From NCBI RefSeq assembly GCF_006345805.1, contig NC_043003.1, positions 98,084,001 to 98,148,000 on the forward strand: 64,000 bases of DNA, read 5' to 3'. This stretch comes from Octopus sinensis. Taxonomy: Eukaryota. This document shows, piece after piece, positions 38,996 through 53,129 of the stretch (positions are counted from its first letter, which is position 1; each line of letters opens with the position of its first letter). The notes under the pieces are model-generated. The model worked only from the letters and a program-made list of their open reading frames with translations. It was not told the origin of the DNA and made no database searches. The translations under genes and the position numbers were made by a program.

Positions 38996-39648
38996 CATAC
39001 ATACATATATGTATATATATACATATATATACGTGTATACACACGCACGCACACATATATATATACATATATATGCATATCCACACATATTACGTGTATA
39101 TATATATTAATCTTATATATATATATTATATATATATATATATATATATTTATGCAACACATAGAACTCTTGAGTATATAATTTATTGGATAAAGAAACT
39201 CAAAATTGAGTCAAAATTGGACTAATTTTTATTTTTGATTATATAAGCAGTATCTAGCTGGGATTCAAGGCTCCACTAGTTTTTAATACCTTCTTAAAAT
39301 TTATGAGGGCTCTTCATGGAGTAGGAGTAGATGTTTTAAAGAAACTACTTGATCTCCTGCTGATGAAGGACCCTGATAAATCTATATGAAGGTAAAAAAC
39401 TCAAAAGAGGGCAGCTTTGTTGCCGAATGTACTTGGACTTGTATTAGGAGACTTTTCATTGACTTGTATTGTTTATTGCTCCTTATGATGGCTTGTGTTT
39501 GGAGGGTAAGATTCACTGCGTGGTCTCTTTTTAGTAGAGGAATGTTCTGGAATATATATATATATATATATTAAGGTATGTAGAAAAATACAACATGGAC
39601 AAGAACGTATAACTCTTAGAAGACGATACAATAAACACGGACAGGACT

Positions 39649-39681
<33 letters not shown>

Positions 39682-39719
39682 GCATACATACTATACATAA
39701 CATAACATACATACAGACA

Positions 39720-39784
<65 letters not shown>

Positions 39785-39991
39785 CTGATGAAGGGGATTT
39801 TTCCTTGTGTAGTTTGTCTTGTACTCTGTTTTCGTTGTAAAAAATGGTCTGTTCCATGCTTGTTTTTCCGTTTTCGTTTCTCGTTGATTTCTACGTCTAC
39901 TTTGTGGTTCCTGTACTCACGTATATATATTTATATATGCATGTATTATACTGTAGATGTAGGTACGTACATATAGTATGGTGTGTTATTA

Positions 39992-40041
<50 letters not shown>

Positions 40042-40046
40042 TAATA

Positions 40047-40264
40047 TACGAGGTGTTCAAAAGTTTCCTGGCTTTGGGTAAAGGAAAACACAGGGGGATC
40101 AGTTAATTATGATTTTATTCAACATATTCCCCTCTCACCATTTATACATCTATTGCAGCGACCCTTCAGTTTTTCTAAACCCTGTAAAAGAACCTGGAAG
40201 GTTGGACCTCCAGCTAGCGCGTTCGTGATAACCTTAAAACCGGGAATTTTCTAGCACCCCACGC
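40047..40264. mobile_element. Mariner-type MITE
   Basis: Same family as 31662-31882. Confidence 0.8.
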
Positions 40265-40302
40265 ATATATATATATATATATATATATTGAGAGAGAGAG
40301 AG

Positions 40303-40625
40303 AGATAAATGAAAGAATGGAGTCGAACGACGATTTAGCAAAATTCCTTTATTCTCGACACATGTTTCGAAGACTGCATATTCTTAATTCCGAAGGAATT
40401 TTTAGATGACTGCCCACCGGAGTCCATAGTGAATAGACTCCGTGTGAGCAGTCATCTAAAAGTTTTTGTTCGTCATGATGCGACATAAGTTCCTTGTCTT
40501 CCTGATGAGAAGACGGCATAATGCACCCTTTATTCTTCGAATTAAGAATATGCAGTCTTCGAAACATGTGTCGAGATAAAGGAATTTTGTTTAAATCGTC
40601 GTTCGACTCATTCTTTCATTTATCT
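40303..40625. repeat. Inverted repeat (arms 40303-40394 and 40536-40625) with inner hairpin 40403-40458
   Basis: agataaatgaaagaatggagtcgaacgacg mirrored by cgtcgttcgactcattctttcatttatct. Confidence 0.9.
40490..40584 (+). ncRNA. Type I hammerhead ribozyme with canonical core
   Basis: ttccttgtcttc CTGATGA gaagac..gtcttc GAA ACATGTGT C gagataaaggaa. 6-bp stem II extended by gcata/tatgc, GUC site after 40572, ~11-bp bulged stem I. Confidence 0.8.
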
Positions 40626-41317
40626 ATAGTAAAAAAACACACAAATTTTCACACGAAAGCACGTGATTTCTGCCCTTGGCATGTATCTTCAACCGTGCTT
40701 CCTGACGTAAATTTGCTACCCGGGTATCGGTTGACCGAATTATCCATACTAGGATAATTCATTCAACTACTTATACATATATATATATATATATATATAC
40801 ATTCGCAAAAATTGTCCCTTGATTTGGACGATTTTACTTCAGAAGTGTTTTGTATTCTTCGAATTACTTTTCCTATTCTGCGGAAATGCTACTTCAGTTT
40901 CCTTATCTTTTTTTTAAATTTATTTTTCCTGTATTTTACTTTCATTTTTATCTGGTCGTTGTCAAGTAGAAAATACTCAAAATTAATGTGTAATATTAGA
41001 AATACATAAAAAAAAAATATTTCGCTGAATATTTTCGAGATTCAATAATAGGGTGTGAAATACCAACAAATTAAATTCTCTGAAATGAAAATTGACGCGT
41101 TAATCACTCTTAAAATAGGAAGAACCGGGCAAAAACTGTGAACGGTTTAATAAGAATGAAGTAACTGCTAGAATAATTAAAATTAAAATATCATGAAAGC
41201 CACTATTATCGTATTTTTCAAGAACTTTAAAAAGCACAATATATGCGTAATATCATTATAGAAACCATGAGAATAATTCTATGCTGATCATAATTATACT
41301 ACATATATATTGTGTAA

Positions 41318-41600
<283 letters not shown>

Positions 41601-41622
41601 AATACATGCACAAAAACACTAC

Positions 41623-41689
<67 letters not shown>

Positions 41690-41718
41690 TACACCATACA
41701 TATGTGTTGTCATGTGTG

Positions 41719-41755
<37 letters not shown>

Positions 41756-41875
41756 AACATCTATCTATATATCTATCATCTGTCTGTCTGTCTGTGTTGT
41801 CTGTGTATGTCTGTCTATCTATCTATCTGTCTGTCTCTATCTATCTGTCTGTCTGTATGTCTGTCTGTCTGTCTG

Positions 41876-41917
<42 letters not shown>

Positions 41918-42305
41918 TGTCCGTCTGTCGTCTATCTGCTGTCTGTCTGTCGTCCGTCGGTCTGTGTCTGTCCGTCTGTCTGTCCGTCTGTCTGTCCGTG
42001 GTCCGTCCGTCTGTCTGTCCGTCTGTCCGTCCTGTCCGTCTGCCGTCGTCTGTGCTGTCCGTCTGTCTGCCTGTCTGTCTGTCTGCCTGCCTGTCTGCCT
42101 GTCTGGTTTTAACGGTGACTAACAGAACCAATTTATTTACATAACTGTCGATTATATGAGGCTTACGATCGTATCCCTGGAAAGAGAAATCTCCTTCTTT
42201 ACAAAACTTCATATATGTATACACACACACACACAGATACACATACACACAAACACACACACACGTATATGTACACACATACATACACACACATATCTAT
42301 ATAAT

Positions 42306-42688
42306 CTCTTTTTACTCTCTTTTACTTGTTTCAGTCATTTGACTGCGGCCATGCTGAAGCACTACCTTTAGTCGAGCAAATCGACCCCGGGACTTATTCT
42401 TTGTAAGCCCAGTACTTTTTCTCTTTTGCCGAACCGCTAAGTGACGGGGACGTAAACACACCAGCATCGGTTGTCAAACACAGACCTAGGGGGTCAAACA
42501 CAGACACACAAACTCATACACACACACACATATATATACATATACATATACATATATAAGACAGGCTTCTTTCAGTTTCCGACTACCAAATCCACTCACG
42601 TTTCATAGTCGGCCCGGGGCTATAGCAGAAGACATTTGCCCATGTGGTTGGTTAGCAAGCTACTTACCACACAGCCACTCCTGCGCCT
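42306..42688 (-). mobile_element. CORE-type SINE, full length
   Basis: ctctttttactcttttacttgtttcagtc..acagccactcctgcgcct. Confidence 0.9.
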
Positions 42689-42710
42689 GTGGCCACTGTA
42701 TATATATATA

Positions 42711-44047
42711 TCTTTATATATATAAAACTGAGAATGTGTGTCTGTGTGTCTGTCTGTCTGTCTGTCTGTGCGTTTCCCTAAAACTTGAGAACTACACAAC
42801 CAATTTCATTCAAATTTTACACATGCCTTACTTAGGGTCCGGGGAGTGTCATCGGCAAAAAAATTAAAAAACTTTTTGCCTAGCGCGGGCCCACAGCAAT
42901 ATCATATCTTCTCCACTACGATTCCCTAAAACTTGAGAACTACACAACCAATTTCATTCAAATTTTACACATGCCTTACTTAGGGTCCATGTAGTTTCAT
43001 GGGCAAAAAAAACTTCAACTTCTTGCCTAGAGCGAGCCAATAGCAATATCATATCTTCTCCATTATTTCAGTATTACGTGTTAAAAGTGAAGCAAAAACG
43101 TTTCTCTATTTTATGTCGGATGCTTTCACTTTAACAATAAAAATAATAATAACAATTGAATTATATGTAGTAAGTAATAATTAAAATCAAACTAAAGTAT
43201 AATATAATCGTAACATAACAAAGAAAAATAGCAATTGGTTATAAATTGCATCACTGATTTCAACTTGAATAAGGGGTTCACATGAATGGGAATAAATTAA
43301 AAATAAAATTAGCGTGCAGAGAAATGAAATAGTCCAGATGGATAATAAAAAATTAAATTAAAGAAAAGACTATTGTCTATAAATTATACAATGTAGAGAA
43401 AAAAGAAGATTTGAACACATGGAGGAAAGCACCTTCGAAAAGGGTCTTGGTGCGACTCTGAAAGATATCTAATCAGAGGCGGTAAATTCGCCACAATCCC
43501 CGGAACTCCCTAATCATGGCCCTCTGCCGGATGCAAATTAAAATCATACCCAGATGTTTAGAAGTTCCTGGCTTCGGGTAAAAGAAAATACAGGGGGATC
43601 AGTTAATTGTTATTTTATTCAACATATTCCCCTCTTAGGTTCACACACTTATTGCAACGGAGCGTGCAAGGGAGTACTCGACTCGAACTTGCAAAGTGGA
43701 AATATTTTAGTTTTACCTTTATATCTGGGACGTAGGACGTCCCGGAAAAAATTTTTAATGCCCCCCCCCCCCAAAGAAGTAGAGGTAGGCTGGATTGTAG
43801 CCACACTTCTATACAAAAGGGAGGACAAGATACAATTGATCGAAATTACCAGAGACGGGCTAACAATTCCAGTCTGTTATATATTTTGAGTATTGTTATC
43901 ACTAGCGATATCAAGATATAACTTTGTATTTTGCATTTTATGTGTAGATGTATATATATAGATGTGCATGTAATATGTACACATATATATACACATATAT
44001 ACATGCACTAGCACTATGACCCGGCAACGACGGGTCTTTAATGCTAG
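42711..44047 (+). mobile_element. Non-autonomous Helitron (5' TC end and 3' hairpin-CTAG end; not certain they belong to one element)
   Basis: a|TCtttatatatataaaactgag then (GTCT)n; internal ~145-bp tandem duplication (42774-43062); gacccggcaacgacgggtc hairpin then CTAG|t. Confidence 0.55.
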
Positions 44048-44603
44048 TATAGGTATATATTTAATAAATCCTGTGTTGATATAAATGTGCGTGTATGCGC
44101 GCGTATGTGTATGTGCACGTGTCCATGCGCGAGTGTGTGTGTATGTGCGCGTGTCTATGCGTGAATGTTTGTGTATGTGTGTATGTGTGTGTGAGTGTAT
44201 ACACAAACGTATAAATGTTTTTCTAGTTATATACTCAGAACGTGTTTATATATTTGTCTGTTTGCATAATATGTTTTAACTATTATTAACTACTCATGCA
44301 CACACTAGCATGCACAAACACATACACATTCATTTATTCTGTTGTATACTTGTGTCTATATACATGCATATGAGTGTATGTGTGTGTGTGTGTGTGGTGT
44401 GTGTGAGAGTGTTTGTGTGGGCGTGTGTCTATATGTGTATGTATATGTTTATGTGTGTGTGTGCTTGTCTGTGTCGAAATGTGTTGATCTTTAAACTACA
44501 AGCACATTTAGTGCCTACAGGGTATTAGGTAGTCTTATGGCTAAACATTTGATAAGAGTGCCTCTATACTCTATAACACATATAGACACACTCAACTGTA
44601 CAG

Positions 44604-44658
<55 letters not shown>

Positions 44659-44754
44659 ACACGCACACAGACATGCATATATATATACACATGTGTGTTT
44701 ACTCAGAATCTTATACCTACATGCACATTTCACATATGCACACGTAACGATATA

Positions 44755-44793
<39 letters not shown>

Positions 44794-44811
44794 TATATAT
44801 ATATATATATC

Positions 44812-44890
<79 letters not shown>

Positions 44891-45462
44891 TATATATTAT
44901 ATATATATATATTATATAACCATATATAGATATATATATACACTATAGATAAAACACACACGCACACACACACACGTGCACGCGCGCACACACACACAAA
45001 TACTTGAAACGAAACATACAACAAGCATCAACACATGCTTGCAAAGAATCGTTCATTATTGTTATGTAAACAAATTGAGTTTGTTTTGGTAATGAAGTTG
45101 TTGTCGTTGTTGTTGTTGTTATTGTTGTTGTTAACAGTTGTTTCACAGTTCAGGTCAATCTAACCTTATTATATGAAACCAGTTTTGTTGAATAAATATA
45201 CGGAATTCACCCATAAGAATAAAGGCAATGCCGCTTCTTGGAACATGACGTGATACGACCGAGAAACAAAACAACAAATATAAGGATACTAACAATAACT
45301 GTTCTCTAAATTACCTGGCAACGTTCACTATACGCTGGAAAAAAATATAATAATAATAGCCAAGTACTACAGTCGAACAACTTTACTGACATGTAACAGC
45401 ATTCTTCTTCTTTCTCTTGTGAAGAGGTTAGCTCAAGAGGGTGTTCGTTGTAACTAATTACT

Positions 45463-45865
45463 CTTTACTCTTTTTACTCTTTTTACTTGTTTCAGTCATT
45501 TGACTGCGGCCATGCTGGAGCACCGCCTTTAGTCGAGCAACTCGACTTATTCTTTTTGTAAGCCCGGTACTTATTCTATCGGTCTCTTTTTGCCGAACCG
45601 CTAAGTGACGGGGACGTAAACACACCAGCATCGGTTGTCAAGCAATGCTAGGGGGACAAAGACAGACACACAAACATACACGCACACACACATATATATA
45701 CATATATACGACGGGCTTCTTTCAGTTTCCGTCTACCAAATCCACTCACAAGGCTTTGGTCGGCCCGAGGCTATGGTAGAAGACACTTGCCCAAGATGCC
45801 ACGCAGAGGGACTGAACCCGGAACCATGTGGTTGGTAAGCAAGCTACTTACCACACAGCCACTCC
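45463..45865 (-). mobile_element. CORE-type SINE, full length
   Basis: Reverse-complement family match from tail to head. Confidence 0.9.
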
Positions 45866-46193
45866 AAATTACGAACACAACCTTATAAATTCTGTGCTAA
45901 TCAACGACACAAACTGACTTAATTTGCATTTCATTCAAAGTTCTTATTCCTTAAGTTGCCTAGAACCCGGGAAGTACTAGTTAGACAATTCCTGAGGAGA
46001 TCTCATAATACCGAAACATTTACGTAGTTGACACTACTCGTACAAATGGAGCAGATCCCCATTCCGCTTTGAAACTGCTCTACGAATAGACTGCTGTAAA
46101 ACTATTTTACAAAAGAACTGCTTTAATCCTTTACCTATCCTGTGTACCAAAACAAACAGGACATATTTTCTTGGCGTTTATGCATCAAATATG

Positions 46194-46385
46194 ATACGCA
46201 TTCCCAATTTTTTTTTCAACTACCAGAGTAACTTGGGTTTTACGAAAGGAATGTTTTATAAAACATTCCTTTCATAAAACCCAAGTTGAAAAAAAGTAGT
46301 TTTATAAAAAAAGTAGTTTTATAAAACATTCCTTTCATAAAACCCAAGTTACTCTGGTAGTTGAAAAAAAATTGAGAATGCGTAT
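46194..46385. repeat. Fold-back inverted repeat with internal duplication
   Basis: atacgcattcccaattttttttcaactaccagagtaacttggg mirrored by cccaagttactctggtagttgaaaaaaaattgagaatgcgtat. Confidence 0.85.
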
Positions 46386-47279
46386 GAAACATATGTGTAT
46401 GAAACATATGAAACAAGGGTTAACTAAAAGTTGAAAACAAGAGTAAACGTTTAGGACAAACTTATGAAAACACCTTGGACAAGCAAAGGCTTAAAACTTT
46501 TTCCACGATGTAATACTAGATATATTCTGTGTAAGACGTGATAATTACGAACCTTATATAATTATATAATGTAATATTATAATGATGGCAGTTTCATCGT
46601 GTCCGAATAACATGAGAAGGGGCAGCATGCTTTCAATTGGCTGTGTATACCGATCCTTCAACGGCAGGTTCTGGCACGCTTGGGGCAACTTATATGCGGA
46701 ACCGTTGAGGTTGCGATTGCCAGCACAAACCAAAACTGTCATTTTCGTCTTAGTCGCTGCATAGTTTTTCTTCCTGTTCGCGCTCAGTAGTTTTAAAATG
46801 AGAGTCAACCCGTGTAATCCGATCCGTTATCAATCTCCTGTAGATCTGGATGTCTTGCGACAGTGGATCAGCGGTCTAAGATGGCTACATTGACGAGTAA
46901 ACCCGTAGATTTTACATTAAAGAGGCCTTCTCCTAGGTGAATTGCCTCACAGAACTGGAGAGCTTCTCCTCCCCTAGAATTCACTTGACGAAAGGGTGTC
47001 AAAAAAGACACTGGACTGCCTGAGGGACCATTCCTTGATTTTCTGTCGACGTTGGCTCCCCTAGCCTTTTCTTTTCCTAAGGTACTCACAAGGCATTGTG
47101 AGTTTGCACTTTCTTCCAAAACATGCTATTTTACTCATAGCTGGGAACTTGATAGGTACGATTATTCCGGTTCAGAGTAGACCTGACAGCAATAATGGCT
47201 AAGTGGTGATTCCACTTTCCTCAGATCCCCGGAACTCCCTAATCATGGCCCTCTGCCGGATGCAAATTAAAATCATACC

Positions 47280-47532
47280 CAGATGTTTAGAAGTTCCTGG
47301 CTTCGGGTAAAAGAAAATACAGGGGGATCAGTTAATTGTTATTTTATTCAACATATTCCCCTCTTAGGTTCACACACTTATTGCAACAGTCTTTCAGTAT
47401 TTTAAGCCCTGTAATAGAACTCGGAAGATTGGTCCTCTAACCAGGGCTTTCGCGATACTCTTAAAGCCAGGAATTTTTCAGCACCCCTCGTGTATACATA
47501 TGTATATATATATATGAGCGGGTGTATATATA

Positions 47533-47598
<66 letters not shown>

Positions 47599-47776
47599 GA
47601 GCGGGTGCTGAAAGGTTCCTGGATTTGGGTAAAAGAAGACACAGGAGGATCAGTTAATTATTATTTTATTCAATATATCCCCCTCTCAGATTCACGCACT
47701 TATTGCAGCGGTTGTTCAGTTTTTCTAAACCCTTTCGCGATACCATTAAAGCCAGGAACTTTTCACACACTCTCGT
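47280..47776. mobile_element. Two adjacent mariner-type MITE copies (47280-47492 and 47596-47776)
   Basis: aagttcctgg and ccaggaa(t/c)ttttca termini. Confidence 0.8.
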
Positions 47777-48174
47777 ATATGCCTTTTATTATGTGTAAAA
47801 CGTATTAGAGTAACGTCTAAGCTTCAGGCCTAGTCAAGCAGGGCGTTAACAATGTGACTCAATGTCAGTTACTTTCAGTTACATTAGATATACCTCGGAG
47901 GAAGTCATGAATAACGCAAACTCTCATTTATTTTTATTTCATTGCTTCAAACGTTGCAGACCTTGTGCCTAGGTAAGCTAATCGATAGCGTTGTTGATTG
48001 ACGTCATGTTTATTGATAACGACCATACTTTGGATCTGATGTGACCCAGGGTTCAATCGATAACTGAGTGCGCACGCACACTTATACACCCACACAAATA
48101 CACAAACACGTACGCATATACTCGAACTTTCAAACGCACACTCACATATATATATACACACACAGACGCGCGCA

Positions 48175-48211
<37 letters not shown>

Positions 48212-48393
48212 TTAGGTACGCACATATTCACATGAACACTGATATACGAACTAGCTGACACATTTTCATATATTCTCATCATCTACGAATACTTATAAAA
48301 CACACACAGACATACACACTCGCATACGTACACTGAGCGCACGTTATACACAAGCAATATATATTATATATATTAAATATATATTATATTATA

Positions 48394-48437
<44 letters not shown>

Positions 48438-48439
48438 CT

Positions 48440-48491
<52 letters not shown>

Positions 48492-48617
48492 TGTATATAT
48501 ACTATGTATATATATATGTATATATATATATATATGTATATATATAATATATAATATATATGTAATATGTATATATAGTATATATATATATAATGTATAT
48601 ATGTATATATATATATG

Positions 48618-48684
<67 letters not shown>

Positions 48685-48711
48685 GTATATATATATATAT
48701 GTATATATATA

Positions 48712-48870
48712 CAACAGGCTTATTCTCACTTTCCGTCTACCAAATCCACTCACAAAGCTTTGGGTGGCCCCAGGCTATGGTGGCAGACACTTGCCGAAGG
48801 TACCACTGTAGGGGGACTAAATCTGGAACCATGTGGTTTGGAAGTAAACTTCTTATCACAGTCGTACCTA
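48712..48870 (-). mobile_element. CORE-type SINE 5' half
   Basis: ttccgtctaccaaatccactcacaaagc..ggaaccatgtgg. Confidence 0.75.
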
Positions 48871-49194
48871 CGCCTATATACATAACCAAATAAAAAGAAC
48901 CCACAAAAAAAAAACGCCAAAAAGAAAATCCCATATAAGGAGGTATTGATCCCGGTTAGAAATATTTTTGATTACTGATCTGTTTGGTCCGGACTAACGA
49001 CATGAACGACAAAGTTATTTGCTGGATTTCCCGTCGGTTGCCACGATGAGGGTTCTGTAGTTCAACCAAGAGAATTCCTACTCGTAAAATTAACATAACC
49101 CCAATGTAGTTCCAAGGCCGAGATTACGTAACGGTATGTGACACGGCAAGATCATTAAATTACAGGCACAATACAATCGCACATGTGTGTGTAT

Positions 49195-49238
<44 letters not shown>

Positions 49239-49250
49239 GGGAGAGAGAGA

Positions 49251-49282
<32 letters not shown>

Positions 49283-49869
49283 AGAAATAGAGCCCAGTAT
49301 TAATCAGATATTTATCTATCAATTCCGGAAAGATGAAGTTAAACTTAACTTGGAAAGGATTTAAGCTCAGAGTTCACAGACTCAGAATGAACATCGTAAG
49401 GCAGTCTAACCTACCTTTAACGACTATGCTAGTTTTCCCCTTTCATATGATTGTATGGAAATTGTGAGAGTGTCTCTGAACGCCGTTACTCGAGATAAAT
49501 TTGGTCACCTAGCAAACCGGGAAAGCGAAACGGTTTCAAATTTAATGTTCTTAGTACTTTAATTCACACCGTTTGCATCTTTAATAGACTCAGGTGTCGG
49601 GGAGAAAAGTTAGTATTTACACAGTTATATTTCTCTTATTCCGCATAAAAGCCTCTACGGAAAAACCACCAAGTCTCTCCTCAATTCGCAGATTAAATAT
49701 TAAGATGCAGACATTAAACAAGGTAATATTATATATAATATATTATATATATATATATATATAATATATAATATATATATGATATGGTGGTTTTCCACCA
49801 TATTTTTTTTAAATCGTGGTAGAGGCCTTGGTTTCGGGACCACTCATGTCTAGAAACTGAGGTTGGGGG

Positions 49870-52370
49870 TAAGAAAGGGCATGCTCCCTGTAGAAAATCC
49901 AGCTACGAAAAAACCTCATGAAAATAGCAAAGGAGAATGGGAAGGTGCAAACCCTTATCCTGGGTTGCGCAAGCATGACTAGCCTTATGATAGCCGACGA
50001 CCTGAGGAGAAGCTTGGGGTGAGGTTGGGAAGTTGGAATGTGGGCAGTCTGTGTGGAAGGGGAACTGAGGTGTGTGAGGATTTGAGGAAGAGGAGGGTGG
50101 ATGTGTGCTGTGTGCAGGAGGTTAGGTCGAGGGGCCAGGGTGCAAGATTTTTGGAGGTCAAGGGAGGAATGTACAAGTTGTGGTGGTCGGGAAATAACAG
50201 GGAGACTGGAGGTGTGGGAGTTTTGGTGAAGGAAGAAATCTGTGAGAAGGTGGCGGAGATCAGGAGAAAGAGTGACAGAGTGATGACAGTAGTGTTAGCA
50301 TTTGAGGAAGAAGTGGTGAGGGTGATTTGAGGGTATGGTCCGCAAAGTGGAAGAGGGATCTCTGAGAAAGAGTGGTTATTTGATGAAATGGCGAATGAGT
50401 GGGACTTACAAAAGGTAGATGAACTGGTTTTGGGCATGGATGATTTTAATGGACATGTTGGGAAATGGATTCAGGGCTTTGAGGGTGTGCATGGGAGGAA
50501 ATGGAATTGGGGAGAGAAATTTGGAAACAAGGATGCTGTTGGAGTTTTGGGATGAGAAAGAGTTGTGTGTGGCGAATACGTGGTATAGGAAAACGGACAA
50601 AAGGAAGGTGACTTTCAGCGCAGGAAGGAATAAGACAGAGATTAATTTCGTGTTAATTGGCAGGAAAAACAGAGAATATCCGAGAGATGTGAAGACAATT
50701 CCAGAGGAGTTGCAGCACAGGTTGGTGGTTGCTGACTTGGATAAGAGGAAAGTTAAAAAGTATGTGAGAAAGGGAACGGTTGAGAGGAGTAAGATGTGGA
50801 AAATGAAGGAAGGAACAAGAGCAAGGTTTGAGGAGAGAGTTGGGGAGTTGGTAAGCATTGATGCACCGGATTTGTGGAAGTCTTTTAAAGGAGGGGTGCT
50901 AAAGGCATGTGATGAAGTATGTGGAAGGACGAAGGGTAAGAGCGATCGAGGAAATATGTGGTGGTAGAACGAGGAGGCGAGGGATGCGATAGCGAGGAAG
51001 AAGAAGGCGCACAAAGGTTTATGTAATAATATGACTGAGCAAATGAAAGCCAGGTATAATAACATGAAGAATCGTGCAAAGAGGGTGACTGCGAGATCTA
51101 TGAATAAGGAGGCTGAGGAGAGGTTGAGCGGGCTGGATGAGAACTCGGATAGAGCGTTTAGGTTTATTAAATCAAAGAAAATTGATTGAAGAGATGTTGA
51201 GGGAGGAAGATACACGGTGGGGAGTGATGGAAGGTTGAATTTTAGTGAGAAGGACAAGGGAAGGGTTTGGAAGGAGCATATGGAGGGAATTATGAATAAT
51301 GGTGAAGGGGACAGTGGAGAGGGTTAGTCGGGAAGAAGTAGAGGCAATGAAGGAAATGAAAACAGGAAAGGCAGCTGGTCCATCAGAAGTAAGTGTGGAA
51401 ATGATAACTGCAAGTGGAGAGATAGAGATTGTTGTGATGATAGAGCTCTACCAGGGCGAGCTGGATGGAAGCTGGATGCCAGATGACTGGGCACTCAGTG
51501 TGGTGGTACCGATCTTCAAAGGGAAAGGGGATGCGATGAGTTGTGGGGCGTATAGAGGAGGGAAGTTATTGGAGCATGCAATGAAGATAGTGGAAAGGGT
51601 GCTGGAGAGGTGAATTCGGAAAGGGGTGGATATGGATGAGATGCAATTTGGTTTTATGCCAGGAAGTGGGGAAGGAACAATAGATGCAGTGTTCATTGTA
51701 AGGAGATTGTAGAAGGAATGCCGAGATAAGGAGAAGGAGTTGTATACGTGCTTCGTTGAGCTGGAGAAAACATTTGATAAGGTTCCAAGGAAGGTGATTG
51801 AGTGGGCATTGAGGAAGAGAGGTACTAGAGGTAATAGTGAGAGCAGTGATGAGTTTGTATGAGGGGGTAAAGACAAGAGTGAGAATTGGATCAGCGCTGT
51901 CGGAGGAGTTTGCGGTGGAAGTTGGTGTGCATCAGGGATCTGTGTTGTCACCATTGTTGTTTGTAATAATGGTTGATGTGACGGAGAGTACAAGAAAGGG
52001 ACTGCTGATGGAGATACTGTATGCAGATGACCTTATTCTGATGAGTAAGACGATGAAGGGATAGAGGGAGAAGTTTTGGAAACGGAAGGAAGCGTATGAA
52101 AGCAAGGGTTTGAAGGTAAACCTCGGGAAGACGAAGGTGATGGTGAATGGGGTGGAAGCAGAAGTGTTAGTGAGTAAGGTGGATCCATGTGGTGTATGTG
52201 GGAGGAGGGTAATGGCAAATGCGATGTTGTATACGGGATATGAGATTCATGATAGACGTACGAAAAGGAAAAAGGTGACCCTAAGTCTGGCAAGAGAGTT
52301 TGTTTGTGGAAGATGTGAGAAAGGAGCTGGAGGGCTGGCGAAGTCAGTGGAAACACTATGTGACGAATAC
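49870..52370 (+). pseudogene. RTE-clade LINE, decayed (AP endonuclease plus reverse transcriptase)
   Basis: LGSWNVGSL, VDVCCVQEVR, GVGVLVK, KAAGPSEV, VVVPIFKGKGD, VGVHQGSVLSPLLF, LYADDLIL; many stops and frameshifts. Confidence 0.95.
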
Positions 52371-52487
52371 AATAACCATCAGAGCATCACAACAAATCAC
52401 AGCACATACCCAAGGCACACAAAGCTGCGCTCGGTAGTGAAGTGAAAGCACGCTATAAAAATAAAATTACTGAATAAGAATAATAAC

Positions 52488-52582
<95 letters not shown>

Positions 52583-52622
52583 CGACGACGACGATGATGA
52601 TGATGATGATGATGATAATAAT
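52488..52622. repeat. Compound (AAT)n(GAT)n(GAC)n array; second array (AAT)(GAT)(AAC) at 52968-53130
   Basis: Directly visible. Confidence 0.95.
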
Positions 52623-52960
52623 AAGAGGAAGAATAGATGCAGTACCAGGCATTTGCTCTCATGGCTTCTGATCTTAGCTGAATGAAAGCGTTATCATGGA
52701 CATGTTCTGTCTAGGTATAAAAGATGAGCTATAGCAAATTTTCTGCTCAATGCCACACAATTGCTTGTCAGTTGTTTGACCTTAACCAGTTGAGCATATC
52801 TCCATGTATCGAGAGGAATTCTTTGGGGTTTGAATGATTCACTCTGGAAACAGGGGTGTTTCAACATCCTTAAACAACCCTTATTCTGGGATCTTTTGAG
52901 CGCAACTGGCTACTCGACCTGAAGAAAATTCTAACTGGGTCCCATCTGCAAGGTCATGCG
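52623..52960 (+). repeat. Probable SINE 3' portion between the trinucleotide arrays
   Basis: Mixed-sequence block with SINE-like tail ctgggtcccatctgcaaggtcatgc; family not securely assigned. Confidence 0.4.
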
Positions 52961-52989
52961 GTGTAATAATGATAATAATAATAATAATA

Positions 52990-53095
<106 letters not shown>

Positions 53096-53129
53096 AACAA
53101 CAACAACAATAACAACAATAACAACAACA

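Noticed and set aside
39785-39830. CTGATGA followed by a hairpin
   Set aside because: The hairpin is followed by GTGT, not GAAA, in both family copies (also 15720-15860).
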